DNA of 64,000 bases from Candidatus Peregrinibacteria bacterium (GTDB lineage: Bacteria; Patescibacteriota; Gracilibacteria; UBA1369; LOWO2-01-FULL-3). Positions 1 to 8,857 of this stretch are shown in pieces; the stretch's first letter is position 1, and each line of letters starts with the position of its first letter. The stretch covers positions 8,838 to 72,837 of the forward strand of contig JAUUZY010000002.1 of the NCBI GenBank assembly GCA_030592015.1, given 5' to 3'. The position numbers and the translations under genes are program-made. A model generated the notes under the pieces. That model was not told the origin of the DNA. It saw only the letters and a list, made by a program, of their open reading frames with translations, and ran no database searches.

Positions 1-977
1 AAGCTGGAAACATTGAGATACCTGATAATCAAGTCTTGTTCTGCTCCGCGAATATAATAATTGTAGATGTGTTGGGCAGTTATGAGAAAATTCAACGCAA
101 TGAAAGATATTAGAAAATATCGTATGTTTTTCATTGCTTTGCTTTTGTCTTTGCCTATGTTGCTAACGAAAATAACTAGTGGCACGAAGAATGTTGCTAT
201 TATTAGGCTGTTTAATTGGTTTTTGAGAGCTTTGCCTAGGAGTAATATGTTTCTGGGCTCGCTAAGGCTGGCGATTTTTTGGTATAGATTTTGTCCAATT
301 TCCGGGATGAACATTTGAAGAACAAAGAAAAGGGCGGCTATTGTTAGTATGAAAATGATTGTTGCTGTTGTTTTCTTTTTTGTGTGTATGAATTCATTGA
401 TTCCCATTGCCAGTAGAAGAATGAACCCGAATGGTCTGATAAATATGCTGAGTATTGCTATTATTAGAGCTATTGTTTTGTTTGCTTTGTTTTTTCCGAA
501 TGACTCTATGTAGAAAAACAGGAACCAAATGGATGTTATGAGGAAGAGATTTTCGCTCATTAGCATTTTTTCATATAGAAGAACTTGTGAGATGAAAAGT
601 AGAACGAAAGTATATAAAAATGTTGTTTTTTCTTTTTTTATAAATTTTGTGAGTATTTGAAATATTGGGAAAACTAATGTGGAAGTTAGGATTGCGTTGA
701 AGATTAATGTTAGCTTGAATGCCAATATGTTTTTGGAAAATAAGTATATTGGAGCTAGTAAGATTGAATATAATGGAAATGGATCACCCGCTGGCATGTG
801 GGCGATTTCTCCGCAGTTCCTTAATGCGAGATGTTCTGCAAAGAAGCTTGCTTTCTGGATGATACAACTTTCATCCGGATATACTATTATGTTCTTTATA
901 AATAGGCTTAAAAAAACTTTTACCAGTAGAATTCCGAGAAAAAATAAAAGCAGCTTTTTTTTCGTTTTTTTTGTCAA
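1..977 (-). CDS. Polytopic membrane glycosyltransferase, GT-C fold (GT39/ArnT/PMT_2-like); C-terminal part runs off the window
   Basis: Not in the ORF track because it is truncated by the window edge and has a TTG start. My minus-strand translation from TTG at 977 is MTKKTKKKLLLFFLGILLVKVFLSLFIKNIIVYPDESCIIQKASFFAEHLALRNCGEIAHMPAGDPFPLYSILLAP... It stays open to position 1 and has many hydrophobic helices. A basic N-terminus, then TM1, then a DE motif is typical of GT-C enzymes. The + strand ORFs 67..318 and 679..990 are its antisense shadows. Confidence 0.55.
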   Translation of the reverse strand, partial: MTKKTKKKLLLFFLGILLVKVFLSLFIKNIIVYPDESCIIQKASFFAEHLALRNCGEIAHMPAGDPFPLYSILLAPIYLFSKNILAFKLTLIFNAILTSTLVFPIFQILTKFIKKEKTTFLYTFVLLFISQVLLYEKMLMSENLFLITSIWFLFFYIESFGKNKANKTIALIIAILSIFIRPFGFILLLAMGINEFIHTKKKTTATIIFILTIAALFFVLQMFIPEIGQNLYQKIASLSEPRNILLLGKALKNQLNSLIIATFFVPLVIFVSNIGKDKSKAMKNIRYFLISFIALNFLITAQHIYNYYIRGAEQDLIIRYLNVSS

Positions 978-1045
978 AGGAAGAGTTTAAAAAAATCCCT
1001 TTATATATAACATTTTTGGGGATATAACTCAACGATCTGAAATGT

Positions 1046-1576
1046 CTATTCTGATGGTTCTTCTTTAGGTTTTTCTTCAGTTACTATGTTTGTCACACCT
1101 GATTCATCTTTGACATAGTTTTCTTCAGGGGTTTGTGCTTCATTTTGATCTATAGATAATGTTCCTTCTTCTGAAACTCCTTGTACTGTTCTATATCCTA
1201 CGTACATTAATATGACTACAATTAGCGGTATTAGAACTATTTTTACGATTGTGAGTGTTTTTATTTTTGGTTTAGTTTGCGTCACTGCTATTGTTGTCGC
1301 TACTGGTGCTGGTTTAACTGTAGGAACTGCAGTATTTGTTGTTGTTGCCGCTGGCATTGTTGTTGTTTGAACTGCTGTTTGTGAAGTTGTAGTAATTGTA
1401 GGTGCAGGGGTAGAGCTTGGTGCTGGCGTAGCTGTAGGTGCTTGAGCTGCTTGTGGCGCTTTATCTGGCACTGTTACCGTAGGTGCCGAGACGGGTGCAA
1501 CTGGTTGTGCCGGAGTTGTAATTCCAGTTTCACTAGTTGATTGTATTCCCTGATTGTTTGGATTCGTTTCTTGCAT
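1046..1576 (-). CDS. Pro/Thr/Ala-rich low-complexity membrane protein (single TM, acidic C-terminal tail)
   Basis: 176 aa. Residues ~10-110 are almost only P/T/A/V/Q (APTATPAPSSTPAPTITTTSQ...). One hydrophobic helix follows (IVKIVLIPLIVVILMYVGY), then an E/D-rich tail. I recognise no family. Confidence 0.6.
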   Translation of the reverse strand: MQETNPNNQGIQSTSETGITTPAQPVAPVSAPTVTVPDKAPQAAQAPTATPAPSSTPAPTITTTSQTAVQTTTMPAATTTNTAVPTVKPAPVATTIAVTQTKPKIKTLTIVKIVLIPLIVVILMYVGYRTVQGVSEEGTLSIDQNEAQTPEENYVKDESGVTNIVTEEKPKEEPSE

Positions 1577-1679
1577 AATATAGTTTTCCCTTTATTTTAG
1601 CACAATATGGGCATTTATTCAATCCGAATACTTGAGTATTTGTAAGTTTATAGAGTTATTTATGCTATTTTTTTGAAAA

Positions 1680-2849
1680 TTGAAGATTTACTTGAATAAC
1701 TTTGAGGTTTTGGCGAAAAAAGCACTTTTAGTATCGGAATCCTCAGTTTATAAGGACGATGGGGATAATCTAGTTGCCAGAGGGGGAGGAGCGGTTTGTT
1801 TTCATAATATAGCCAAAACTCTTGTTAGCCTTGGGATTGAGCCTACTGTTTTTTCTATTAGGGAATTCAAGGAGCAAAAGGTTGATGAAATTATTGATGG
1901 AGTTCTTTATAGAAGGATGGATGTTAAGTCTAGGTCCTCGTTTAAATTGGTGAAATATCTCAAAAAGGCTTTGAAGGATTCTAGAGATTATGATTTCGTT
2001 TTCCTTAATCAATTTAGCCCTCATTTGATTTTGCCGTGGCTCAAAAAGAAGCACAGTGTGGCTGTTATTCATGATGTTTATAAAAACAACGAGTCTGTCT
2101 TTTGGTTTAGGCAGTTTGGCCTTTTTACCGGATTTTTTGGTCGTTTTGTTGAGAGGTTGCAGCTTCGATTTGACAAGAAGTATGCGAGTAAAATTATGAC
2201 TGTCTCAAATGGAAGTGCTGAGAAAATTCTTGGTGTTTTGGGTGAATCTGTTGAAGAAAAAATAGTTATAAATCCTTATCCTATTGATTCTGATGATTAT
2301 ATTTCAGATATGGAAAAGGAGAATTTCATTTTGTTTGTTGGGAGATTTATTGGGTACAAGCATCCGGAGCATGTTTTGAAGGCGATCAAAAAGATAAAAG
2401 AGAAATATCCTGATTATAAGGCTGTGTTTGTTGTGCCGAGGGAGTATAAGAAAATTAAGTCCTTGTTTGATCAGTGCAAAAAAGACTTGGGTCTTAGTTC
2501 TGAGGATGTTATTTGCAAAGAATGTTGTACTGCTGATGAACTTAAGCAACTTTTGGCGAAGGCAAAGGTTTTGGTACAGCCTTCTTATGTTGAAGGACAA
2601 GGAATAATTATTTTGGAGGCATTAGCTTCCGGGACTCCTGTGGTTGCCTATGATCTTGAGGCATATGATGGAATGCTATTGGATGGAAAAAATTCTCTAC
2701 TTGTTGAAAAGGGGGATGTCGATGGTTTTGCGGACTCCTGTATCAAACTATTGGAAAATTATCAGGAATATAGAAATAATTGTCATATATCTCTGAATGA
2801 TTTTTCTCGTGAAGGATTTGTTAATTCTATGAAAGAACTACTGACTTAA
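1680..2849 (+). CDS. Glycosyltransferase family 4 (GT-B, retaining)
   Basis: 389 aa with a TTG start. The C-terminal half has the GT4 signature region (VQPSYVEGQGIIILEALASGTPVVAYD). Confidence 0.85.
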   Translation: MKIYLNNFEVLAKKALLVSESSVYKDDGDNLVARGGGAVCFHNIAKTLVSLGIEPTVFSIREFKEQKVDEIIDGVLYRRMDVKSRSSFKLVKYLKKALKDSRDYDFVFLNQFSPHLILPWLKKKHSVAVIHDVYKNNESVFWFRQFGLFTGFFGRFVERLQLRFDKKYASKIMTVSNGSAEKILGVLGESVEEKIVINPYPIDSDDYISDMEKENFILFVGRFIGYKHPEHVLKAIKKIKEKYPDYKAVFVVPREYKKIKSLFDQCKKDLGLSSEDVICKECCTADELKQLLAKAKVLVQPSYVEGQGIIILEALASGTPVVAYDLEAYDGMLLDGKNSLLVEKGDVDGFADSCIKLLENYQEYRNNCHISLNDFSREGFVNSMKELLT

Positions 2850-3900
2850 ATGCATCTATTGCTTTTCTAGCTGTAGATTCCCAGTTTAGTTTTTTTGCGT
2901 GACTAAGTCCTTTTTCCTTTAATTCTTTTCTAAGTTCTTGATTGCCTAGAAGTCTTTTTATGTGAGTTTTGAGTAATTCTTTGTCATTTGGATCGAATAG
3001 GAGAGCTTTGTTTTTATAGATTTCTTTTAGACTTCCTCCTGTTGATGAGATGACTGGGATTCCATAGTTCATGGCTTCAAGTGGTGGTATTCCGAAGCCT
3101 TCATAAAAAGATGGATATATGAAAATGTCTGCATGAGCAATCCAAGAGTTTTTTTCTTCTTCGCTTATGTATCCTGTGAGAATTATGTCTTTGTTTGATG
3201 CTTTTTTGAGGATTTCTTTTGTTTTCCATCCGATTCCGCCTGCTAGTACTAGTTTATGTGGAATGTTTTTCTCTTTTTTTAGTTCGAGGAATGCATCTAT
3301 TAGTGTTCCCAGGTTTTTTCTGGGTTCTATGGTTCCTAGACATAGGAGGTATGGTTCTTTTATCTCAGGTTTTCCGGGAAAAAGTTTAGGCTTATTTACT
3401 CCTGCATAGATTGCTTTGATTGGAGCGGATGTTTTGTAGTGTTTTTCTATGTCTTTTTTTGTGTTTTCTGATGGTGTGAGTATTAGGTCTGCGTTTCTTA
3501 GTATGCGGGGGAGTAATAGTTTGTGAGTACGTGGACTTTTTCTTATATGAAATTGTGGAAAGAGTATTGGTGTTAGGTCATGTATGAATACAGCTCTTTT
3601 TATGTTTTTGCTTAATCCAAATGGGCCAATGTGTGACGGTTCAAGCACTATGTCCGGTTTTATTGCGTTTAGTGCTTTTGGGATTAGAAAGAATTTTCTG
3701 TAGCTTTCGTAGCCTAGGCGGTTTTTTTTGGGGATTATTATGTGGTTTTTGTCTTTGAAAAAATTATTTTCTTTACGGTGAATGAAGGTGTATTTATTTT
3801 CTGTATCTAGTTTCAACAATGATTCTATCAGGTTTTTTGTGTAGAAGTGCACGCCTGCGCTTTGGTTGTCTATCGGGTCTGCGAGTATGACTATGTGCAT
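2827..3900 (-). CDS. Glycosyltransferase family 4 (GT-B)
   Basis: 357 aa. Starts MHIVILADPIDNQSAGVHFYTKN and carries YPSFYEGFGIPPLEAMNYGIPVISS, the E-x7-E GT4 motif. It converges on and overlaps the previous GT by 23 nt. Confidence 0.88.
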   Translation of the reverse strand: MHIVILADPIDNQSAGVHFYTKNLIESLLKLDTENKYTFIHRKENNFFKDKNHIIIPKKNRLGYESYRKFFLIPKALNAIKPDIVLEPSHIGPFGLSKNIKRAVFIHDLTPILFPQFHIRKSPRTHKLLLPRILRNADLILTPSENTKKDIEKHYKTSAPIKAIYAGVNKPKLFPGKPEIKEPYLLCLGTIEPRKNLGTLIDAFLELKKEKNIPHKLVLAGGIGWKTKEILKKASNKDIILTGYISEEEKNSWIAHADIFIYPSFYEGFGIPPLEAMNYGIPVISSTGGSLKEIYKNKALLFDPNDKELLKTHIKRLLGNQELRKELKEKGLSHAKKLNWESTARKAIDAFKSVVLS

Positions 3901-3963
3901 ATGTTTAAAGATTTGCTTTAATGCGCTAAAATGTTATCGATTTTAATTTAAACCTGTTTTTTT

Positions 3964-4728
3964 GTGAAGAAAAGGACTAATAATTGGCATTTGCTTTGGG
4001 TGATTGCATTAACTGACTTCAAGATGAGATATCATGGGTCTGTTCTTGGCTATCTCTGGTCTTTGCTCAAGCCTTTGTTGCTGTTTTTGGTTTTGTATGT
4101 GGTTTTTTCTGTATTGATGAGATGGGATGTTGAAAATTATCAGTTACATCTGTTGCTTGGAATTATTCTTTGGAATTTCTTTGCTGAATCGACAAGTGCT
4201 GGGGTTCATTCTTTGCTTTCTAAGGCTTCTATTATAAAAAAGGTCTACTTTCCCAGATATTTGGTAGTTCTTGCATCTACTGTTAGTGCGTTTATTACTT
4301 TGCTTTTAAATTTATTTGTTTTTCTTTTGATCTATTTGTTTTCAGGTATGAGTTTTGACCTGACTATGCTTTTGTTTTTTGTGATTTTGTTGCTTTTGTA
4401 TTTTTTGTCTGTTGGAGCTTCACTGTTCTTAAGTGTATTACAGGTTCGATATAGGGATGTGTCTCAAATTTGGGATGTTTTGTTGCAGGCTGGATTCTTT
4501 TTGGCTCCGGTGATTTATCCTTTATCTATTGTTCCGGAAAATTATTGGAAATATTTGTATTTGAATCCTATTACGGGCATTATTGAGTATTCTAGGGATG
4601 TGTTGATTAACCATCAAATTCCTGATTTGAGTGGAACTTTGTACTTATTTTTGTTTGTTGTAGCTATCTTGCTCTTTGGATCTTTTATTTTTAAAAAACT
4701 TGTAAAATCAATAGCTGAAAAAATTTAA
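3964..4728 (+). CDS. ABC-2 type polysaccharide/teichoic-acid export permease (Wzm/TagG-like)
   Basis: 254 aa with about 6 TM helices. The N-terminus DFKMRYHGSVLGYLWSLLKPL is typical of ABC-2 glycan exporters. It lies immediately upstream of the ATPase gene. Confidence 0.88.
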   Translation: MKKRTNNWHLLWVIALTDFKMRYHGSVLGYLWSLLKPLLLFLVLYVVFSVLMRWDVENYQLHLLLGIILWNFFAESTSAGVHSLLSKASIIKKVYFPRYLVVLASTVSAFITLLLNLFVFLLIYLFSGMSFDLTMLLFFVILLLLYFLSVGASLFLSVLQVRYRDVSQIWDVLLQAGFFLAPVIYPLSIVPENYWKYLYLNPITGIIEYSRDVLINHQIPDLSGTLYLFLFVVAILLFGSFIFKKLVKSIAEKI

Positions 4729-5447
4729 TGGAAGCTGTAAAAGTAAACAATTTGGTTAAGAAATTCAAAATTCCTCATTTGAGGAGGGATACTGTGCGTG
4801 AAGGTTTTGTGAATATTTTTAATAGGCCCAGATATGAAGTTTTTAATGCGGTTGATGATTTGTCTTTTTCTTTGGAGGAGGGGGGATTTCTTGGAGTTAT
4901 AGGAAAAAATGGGAGTGGTAAATCTACTTTGTTGAAGATTTTGGCTGGAGTGTATGAGCCTAGTAGTGGAGAGGTTTCTACTGTTGGTAGAGTCGCTCCT
5001 TTTTTGGAATTGGGAGTTGGATTTAATTCTGAACTTTCAGGAAGGGATAATGTTTATCTAAGTGGGACAATCCTTGGCCTGACTAAGCGTGAAATTGCTG
5101 AAAAATATGATAAAATTGTTGAATTTGCGGAGTTGGAGAGATTTATGGACCAACAGTTGAAAAATTATTCTTCTGGGATGTATGTGAGATTGGCATTTGC
5201 GATTGCGATGCAGTCAGATGCGGATATTTTCTTGTTGGATGAGGTTTTGGCAGTTGGTGATAAGGATTTTCAGGATAAGTGCTATGCGAAATTTATGAAC
5301 TTGAAAAAAAATGCCAAGACGGTAGTGTACGTAACCCATAACCTTGATTCGGTTAAAGATTTTTGTGATAGTGTTCTGTACATGAAGGATGGAAAAATGG
5401 AGGGGATGGGTAGTTCGGAGGAAATGATTAATTTATATCTATCGTAA
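4728..5447 (+). CDS. ABC transporter ATP-binding protein (Wzt/TagH-like, short form without a C-terminal glycan-binding domain)
   Basis: Walker A GKNGSGKST, signature YSSGM, Walker B IFLLDE. The start overlaps the stop of the permease gene. Confidence 0.92.
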   Translation: MEAVKVNNLVKKFKIPHLRRDTVREGFVNIFNRPRYEVFNAVDDLSFSLEEGGFLGVIGKNGSGKSTLLKILAGVYEPSSGEVSTVGRVAPFLELGVGFNSELSGRDNVYLSGTILGLTKREIAEKYDKIVEFAELERFMDQQLKNYSSGMYVRLAFAIAMQSDADIFLLDEVLAVGDKDFQDKCYAKFMNLKKNAKTVVYVTHNLDSVKDFCDSVLYMKDGKMEGMGSSEEMINLYLS

Positions 5448-5448
5448 A

Positions 5449-6489
5449 ATGAACAATTTTGATTTAACAGCTGAGGAGATATTGGAAAAGCTTGATGGTG
5501 ATGTCCATAGGCTTAGAGCAAAACCGAGGGATAGAGATTATGATCTTCCATCGTTTGATCATTTGGGAAGCTTGAATGATAAATGGAATTTACCGCCTTC
5601 TCATAGGAAGGGGCCGATAAAACGGTTTGCAGATTTTGCTTTGAGGAAACTTTTCTTGGTTGTGAAAAATTTTATGGGTGGGATTGTTAGTTCTCAAGAA
5701 AGTTATAATGAAAAGGTTGCTTCTCAGTTTGCTACTGTGACTGAGAGTATTAAGCTTGAGAGTGAAAGAGTTGATTCTGAAGTGTCTGACCTGCGTGAGA
5801 GTATTGCTGCGGTTGTGGCCAAGGACGATGTCTCTATTGATTATTTTAAATTTGAAAATAAATTTCGTGGTTCTGAGGAGAAAATTATGGAAATGCAGAG
5901 AAAGTATCTGAAATATTTTGAAGGGGTGGAGAATGTTTTGGATATTGGTTGTGGAAGAGGTGAATTTTTGAGGTTACTGAAGGAGAAAGGAATTTCTTCT
6001 AAGGGGATTGATATTAATGCGACTTTTGTTGACCATTGTATTAAGGCTAATTCTAATGTTGAGTTTGTTGATGCTAATTCGTATTTGATTGGGCTCGAGG
6101 ATGATTCTTTGGACGGTATTACAGCTTTTCAGGTGATTGAGCATCTTGATAAAAAATATTTAATTGATTTGATTACTCTTTGTTATAAAAAGCTTAAGAA
6201 AGGGGCTTGCCTGGTTTTTGAAACTCCAAATCCGAAAGCATTATCTGTCTTTGTTAATTCCTTTTATATTGATTTGTCGCACAAGAATCCAATTCATCCT
6301 CAAGCTTTGTTGTTTTTGATGGAATCTCAGGGTTTCACTGAAGCTGAAATTGCATACACTTCTTTTGTTAAGGGTGATGATATGTTGAAATATGGTGATA
6401 TTGACGATGAAGCTTATAGAAAAAATGTTGATATGCTCAACAATATTCTCTATGGTCCTCAGGATTATGCTGTAATTGTTAGAAAATAG
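5449..6489 (+). CDS. Class I SAM-dependent methyltransferase with an N-terminal coiled-coil-like region
   Basis: Motif I VLDIGCGRGEF, then FQVIEHL. The N-terminal ~140 aa are heptad-like (VTESIKLESERVDSEVSDLRESIAAV). Confidence 0.85.
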   Translation: MNNFDLTAEEILEKLDGDVHRLRAKPRDRDYDLPSFDHLGSLNDKWNLPPSHRKGPIKRFADFALRKLFLVVKNFMGGIVSSQESYNEKVASQFATVTESIKLESERVDSEVSDLRESIAAVVAKDDVSIDYFKFENKFRGSEEKIMEMQRKYLKYFEGVENVLDIGCGRGEFLRLLKEKGISSKGIDINATFVDHCIKANSNVEFVDANSYLIGLEDDSLDGITAFQVIEHLDKKYLIDLITLCYKKLKKGACLVFETPNPKALSVFVNSFYIDLSHKNPIHPQALLFLMESQGFTEAEIAYTSFVKGDDMLKYGDIDDEAYRKNVDMLNNILYGPQDYAVIVRK

Positions 6490-6490
6490 A

Positions 6491-8857
6491 ATGAAAAATA
6501 TGAAGATAGCTATTGTTGCACCGAATCCTGTTCCATATTGTTATGGTGGTGCTGAAGCTCTTTTAGATGGGCTTATTGGTTATTTAAAAGAAAACACTTC
6601 TCATAGTGTGGAATTGATTAAATTGGATAGTCTGGAGAGTGATTTTTGGAATCTTGTCTATAATTATAAACAGTTTGCGGAGCTTGATTTGTCACGTTTT
6701 GATCTTGTTCTTTCGACAAAATATCCGGCATGGATGGTTAATCATCCTAATCATATTTGTTATTTACTGCACACTTTGCGAGGATTGTATGATACTTATT
6801 CTTTTGCCGATTTGCCTGAAAAAGTTGAAGAATATTCTGAAGAATTGAATGGAGTTTTTGATTTGATTAGGTCTGAGCAGTATTCTAGGAATAATTTCTT
6901 TAGGGTTTTGGAATTATTGGAGATAAATAGGGAGTTGATTGAAAGTCTTGAGCTTAGCGTTTTTCCTGGGCCTTTTATTCGTGAATTAATACATTTTTTT
7001 GATAAATGTGGGTATGTTGGTGTTAAAAAATTCTTTTGTATTTCTGAGACTGTGAAGGGGAGGGCTGACTATTTTTTGGAATCTAATTCTCCTGAATGCG
7101 TTTATCCTGCTACCTATCTGAGTGGGTATAAATGTGAAGAATTTAAATATTTTCTTGCTGTTTCTCGTTTGGAAAGTCATAAAAGAGTATATTCTATTAT
7201 TGTGCAGTTCAAGAAATCAACGACAGATAGAAGGCTTTTGATTGTTGGGACTGGTGGGTGTGAAGAAGAGCTTAAGGATTTGGCCAAAGATGATGATCGA
7301 ATAGAGTTTTTGGGATTTGTGGATGGAGAGAAATTGTTGGATCTTTATGCGAATTGTTTGGCGGTTATTTTTACTCCGTATGATGAAGATTATGGGCTTG
7401 TTACTATTGAGGCAATGAAGAGCAAGAAGCCTGTTTTGACATTGAAGGATAGTGGTGGAGTATTAGAGTTTGTGGATAATGAGAAAACTGGATTTGTTTG
7501 TGAGGAGGATGATTTATACGAAAAAATAGATTATATATCTGAGTATCCTGATAAGGCTAAGTCCATGGGGTTAGCTGCATGTGAAAAGGTGAAAGGTATT
7601 AGTTGGGAGAATGTTTATGAGAAGATTTTAAATTCTGAGGATTGTAAAAGGAAGAAGATTTTGGTTCTTAATACTTATTCTGTCTATCCGGTTCGTGGTG
7701 GTGGACAACTTCGTGTTTGGAGTCTTTATAAGAGATTGGCAGAAAAACATGATGTAACCTTATTATCCTTGGTTGGCGTTGATGAGCTGTCGGATGATCG
7801 GTTTATTTCTTCTGGTTTAAGGGAAGTGTTGGTTAAGGAAAATTATGAGCAGGCTTCTAAGAGGGGGGATCTTGAAGGAAAAGTAGGAAGGGGATTATTT
7901 GATTTGATGAATATTTATAATAGTGATTTGAATGAAGAATATCTTGAGCAATTTAAAAAACTTTCTAGAGATGTTGATGTGATTGTTTTTAGTCATCCTT
8001 ATATGGGAAAATTGTATGATTTGATTGAGGATGTAGATAACAAAAAAATAATTTTTGGGTCTCATAATGTTGAATATTTGTTAAAGAAAGACATTTATGG
8101 AGATGGTGCTGTATCTGAGGAGATAATTGAAGATCTTAAAGAGATGGAAGCGAGTATAGCTGGAAAATCTGACTGCATTACTGTTGTTTCTCAGGAGCAT
8201 GCTGAAAGTTATGTGAAGGATCTTGGGATTTCTAGAGATAAGATTGTTATTGTTCCGAATGGTGTGGATAACGATTTGATTAACTTTACTAGGCCTGATG
8301 AGAGGAGAGCTTTGAAAAATAGGATAGAGATTCCTAAAGAGATTCCGGTTTGTTTTTTTGTTGGTAGTTGGCATCAACCTAATATTGAGTCTTTGAAGTT
8401 TCTTTTGGGGGTCGCAAAGCAATTGCCTGATGTTTTGTTTTTTGTTGTGGGTAGTGTTTGCGATGGACTTATAGAGGAGTTGGGAACGAGAGAAGAGTTG
8501 CCAAAAAATCTTAAACTTTTTGCTGTTGTGAATGATGAAATAAAAAACAAATTACTTTCTATGAGCGATATAGCTTTAAATCCAATGTTTAGTGGTTCTG
8601 GTACGAATTTGAAAATATTTGAGTATATGAGTGCCGGTATTCCTGTTATTACTACCAAATTTGGGGCGAGAGGTATGGATGTTCAGGATGGTAAGGAAGT
8701 GTTTTTTGCTGAGAATGAAGAAGAGTTTTTGGAAAAAATCAGATTTGTTGTGGCAGGCCTGGATAAATTAGATGATCTTAAGGAGAGGGCGCGAAAATAT
8801 GTTGAGGAAAATTTTGATTGGGATGGAATTGCTAAAAAATTATTAAATCTAATTTAG
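6491..8857 (+). CDS. Two-domain glycosyltransferase (tandem GT4-like modules)
   Basis: First module ends ...IFTPYDEDYGLVTIEAMKSKKPVL. Second module ends ...NPMFSGSGTNLKIFEYMSAGIPVITT. I moved the start to ATG 6491 (MKNMKIAIVAPNP), right after the upstream stop; the track start is 6476. Confidence 0.85.
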   Translation: MKNMKIAIVAPNPVPYCYGGAEALLDGLIGYLKENTSHSVELIKLDSLESDFWNLVYNYKQFAELDLSRFDLVLSTKYPAWMVNHPNHICYLLHTLRGLYDTYSFADLPEKVEEYSEELNGVFDLIRSEQYSRNNFFRVLELLEINRELIESLELSVFPGPFIRELIHFFDKCGYVGVKKFFCISETVKGRADYFLESNSPECVYPATYLSGYKCEEFKYFLAVSRLESHKRVYSIIVQFKKSTTDRRLLIVGTGGCEEELKDLAKDDDRIEFLGFVDGEKLLDLYANCLAVIFTPYDEDYGLVTIEAMKSKKPVLTLKDSGGVLEFVDNEKTGFVCEEDDLYEKIDYISEYPDKAKSMGLAACEKVKGISWENVYEKILNSEDCKRKKILVLNTYSVYPVRGGGQLRVWSLYKRLAEKHDVTLLSLVGVDELSDDRFISSGLREVLVKENYEQASKRGDLEGKVGRGLFDLMNIYNSDLNEEYLEQFKKLSRDVDVIVFSHPYMGKLYDLIEDVDNKKIIFGSHNVEYLLKKDIYGDGAVSEEIIEDLKEMEASIAGKSDCITVVSQEHAESYVKDLGISRDKIVIVPNGVDNDLINFTRPDERRALKNRIEIPKEIPVCFFVGSWHQPNIESLKFLLGVAKQLPDVLFFVVGSVCDGLIEELGTREELPKNLKLFAVVNDEIKNKLLSMSDIALNPMFSGSGTNLKIFEYMSAGIPVITTKFGARGMDVQDGKEVFFAENEEEFLEKIRFVVAGLDKLDDLKERARKYVEENFDWDGIAKKLLNLI

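Noticed and set aside
67-990. Plus-strand ORFs 67..318 and 679..990 as genes at the window start.
   Set aside because: The minus strand carries one continuous open frame from 977 to position 1 that encodes a polytopic GT-C-like protein. The plus-strand ORFs are its shadows.
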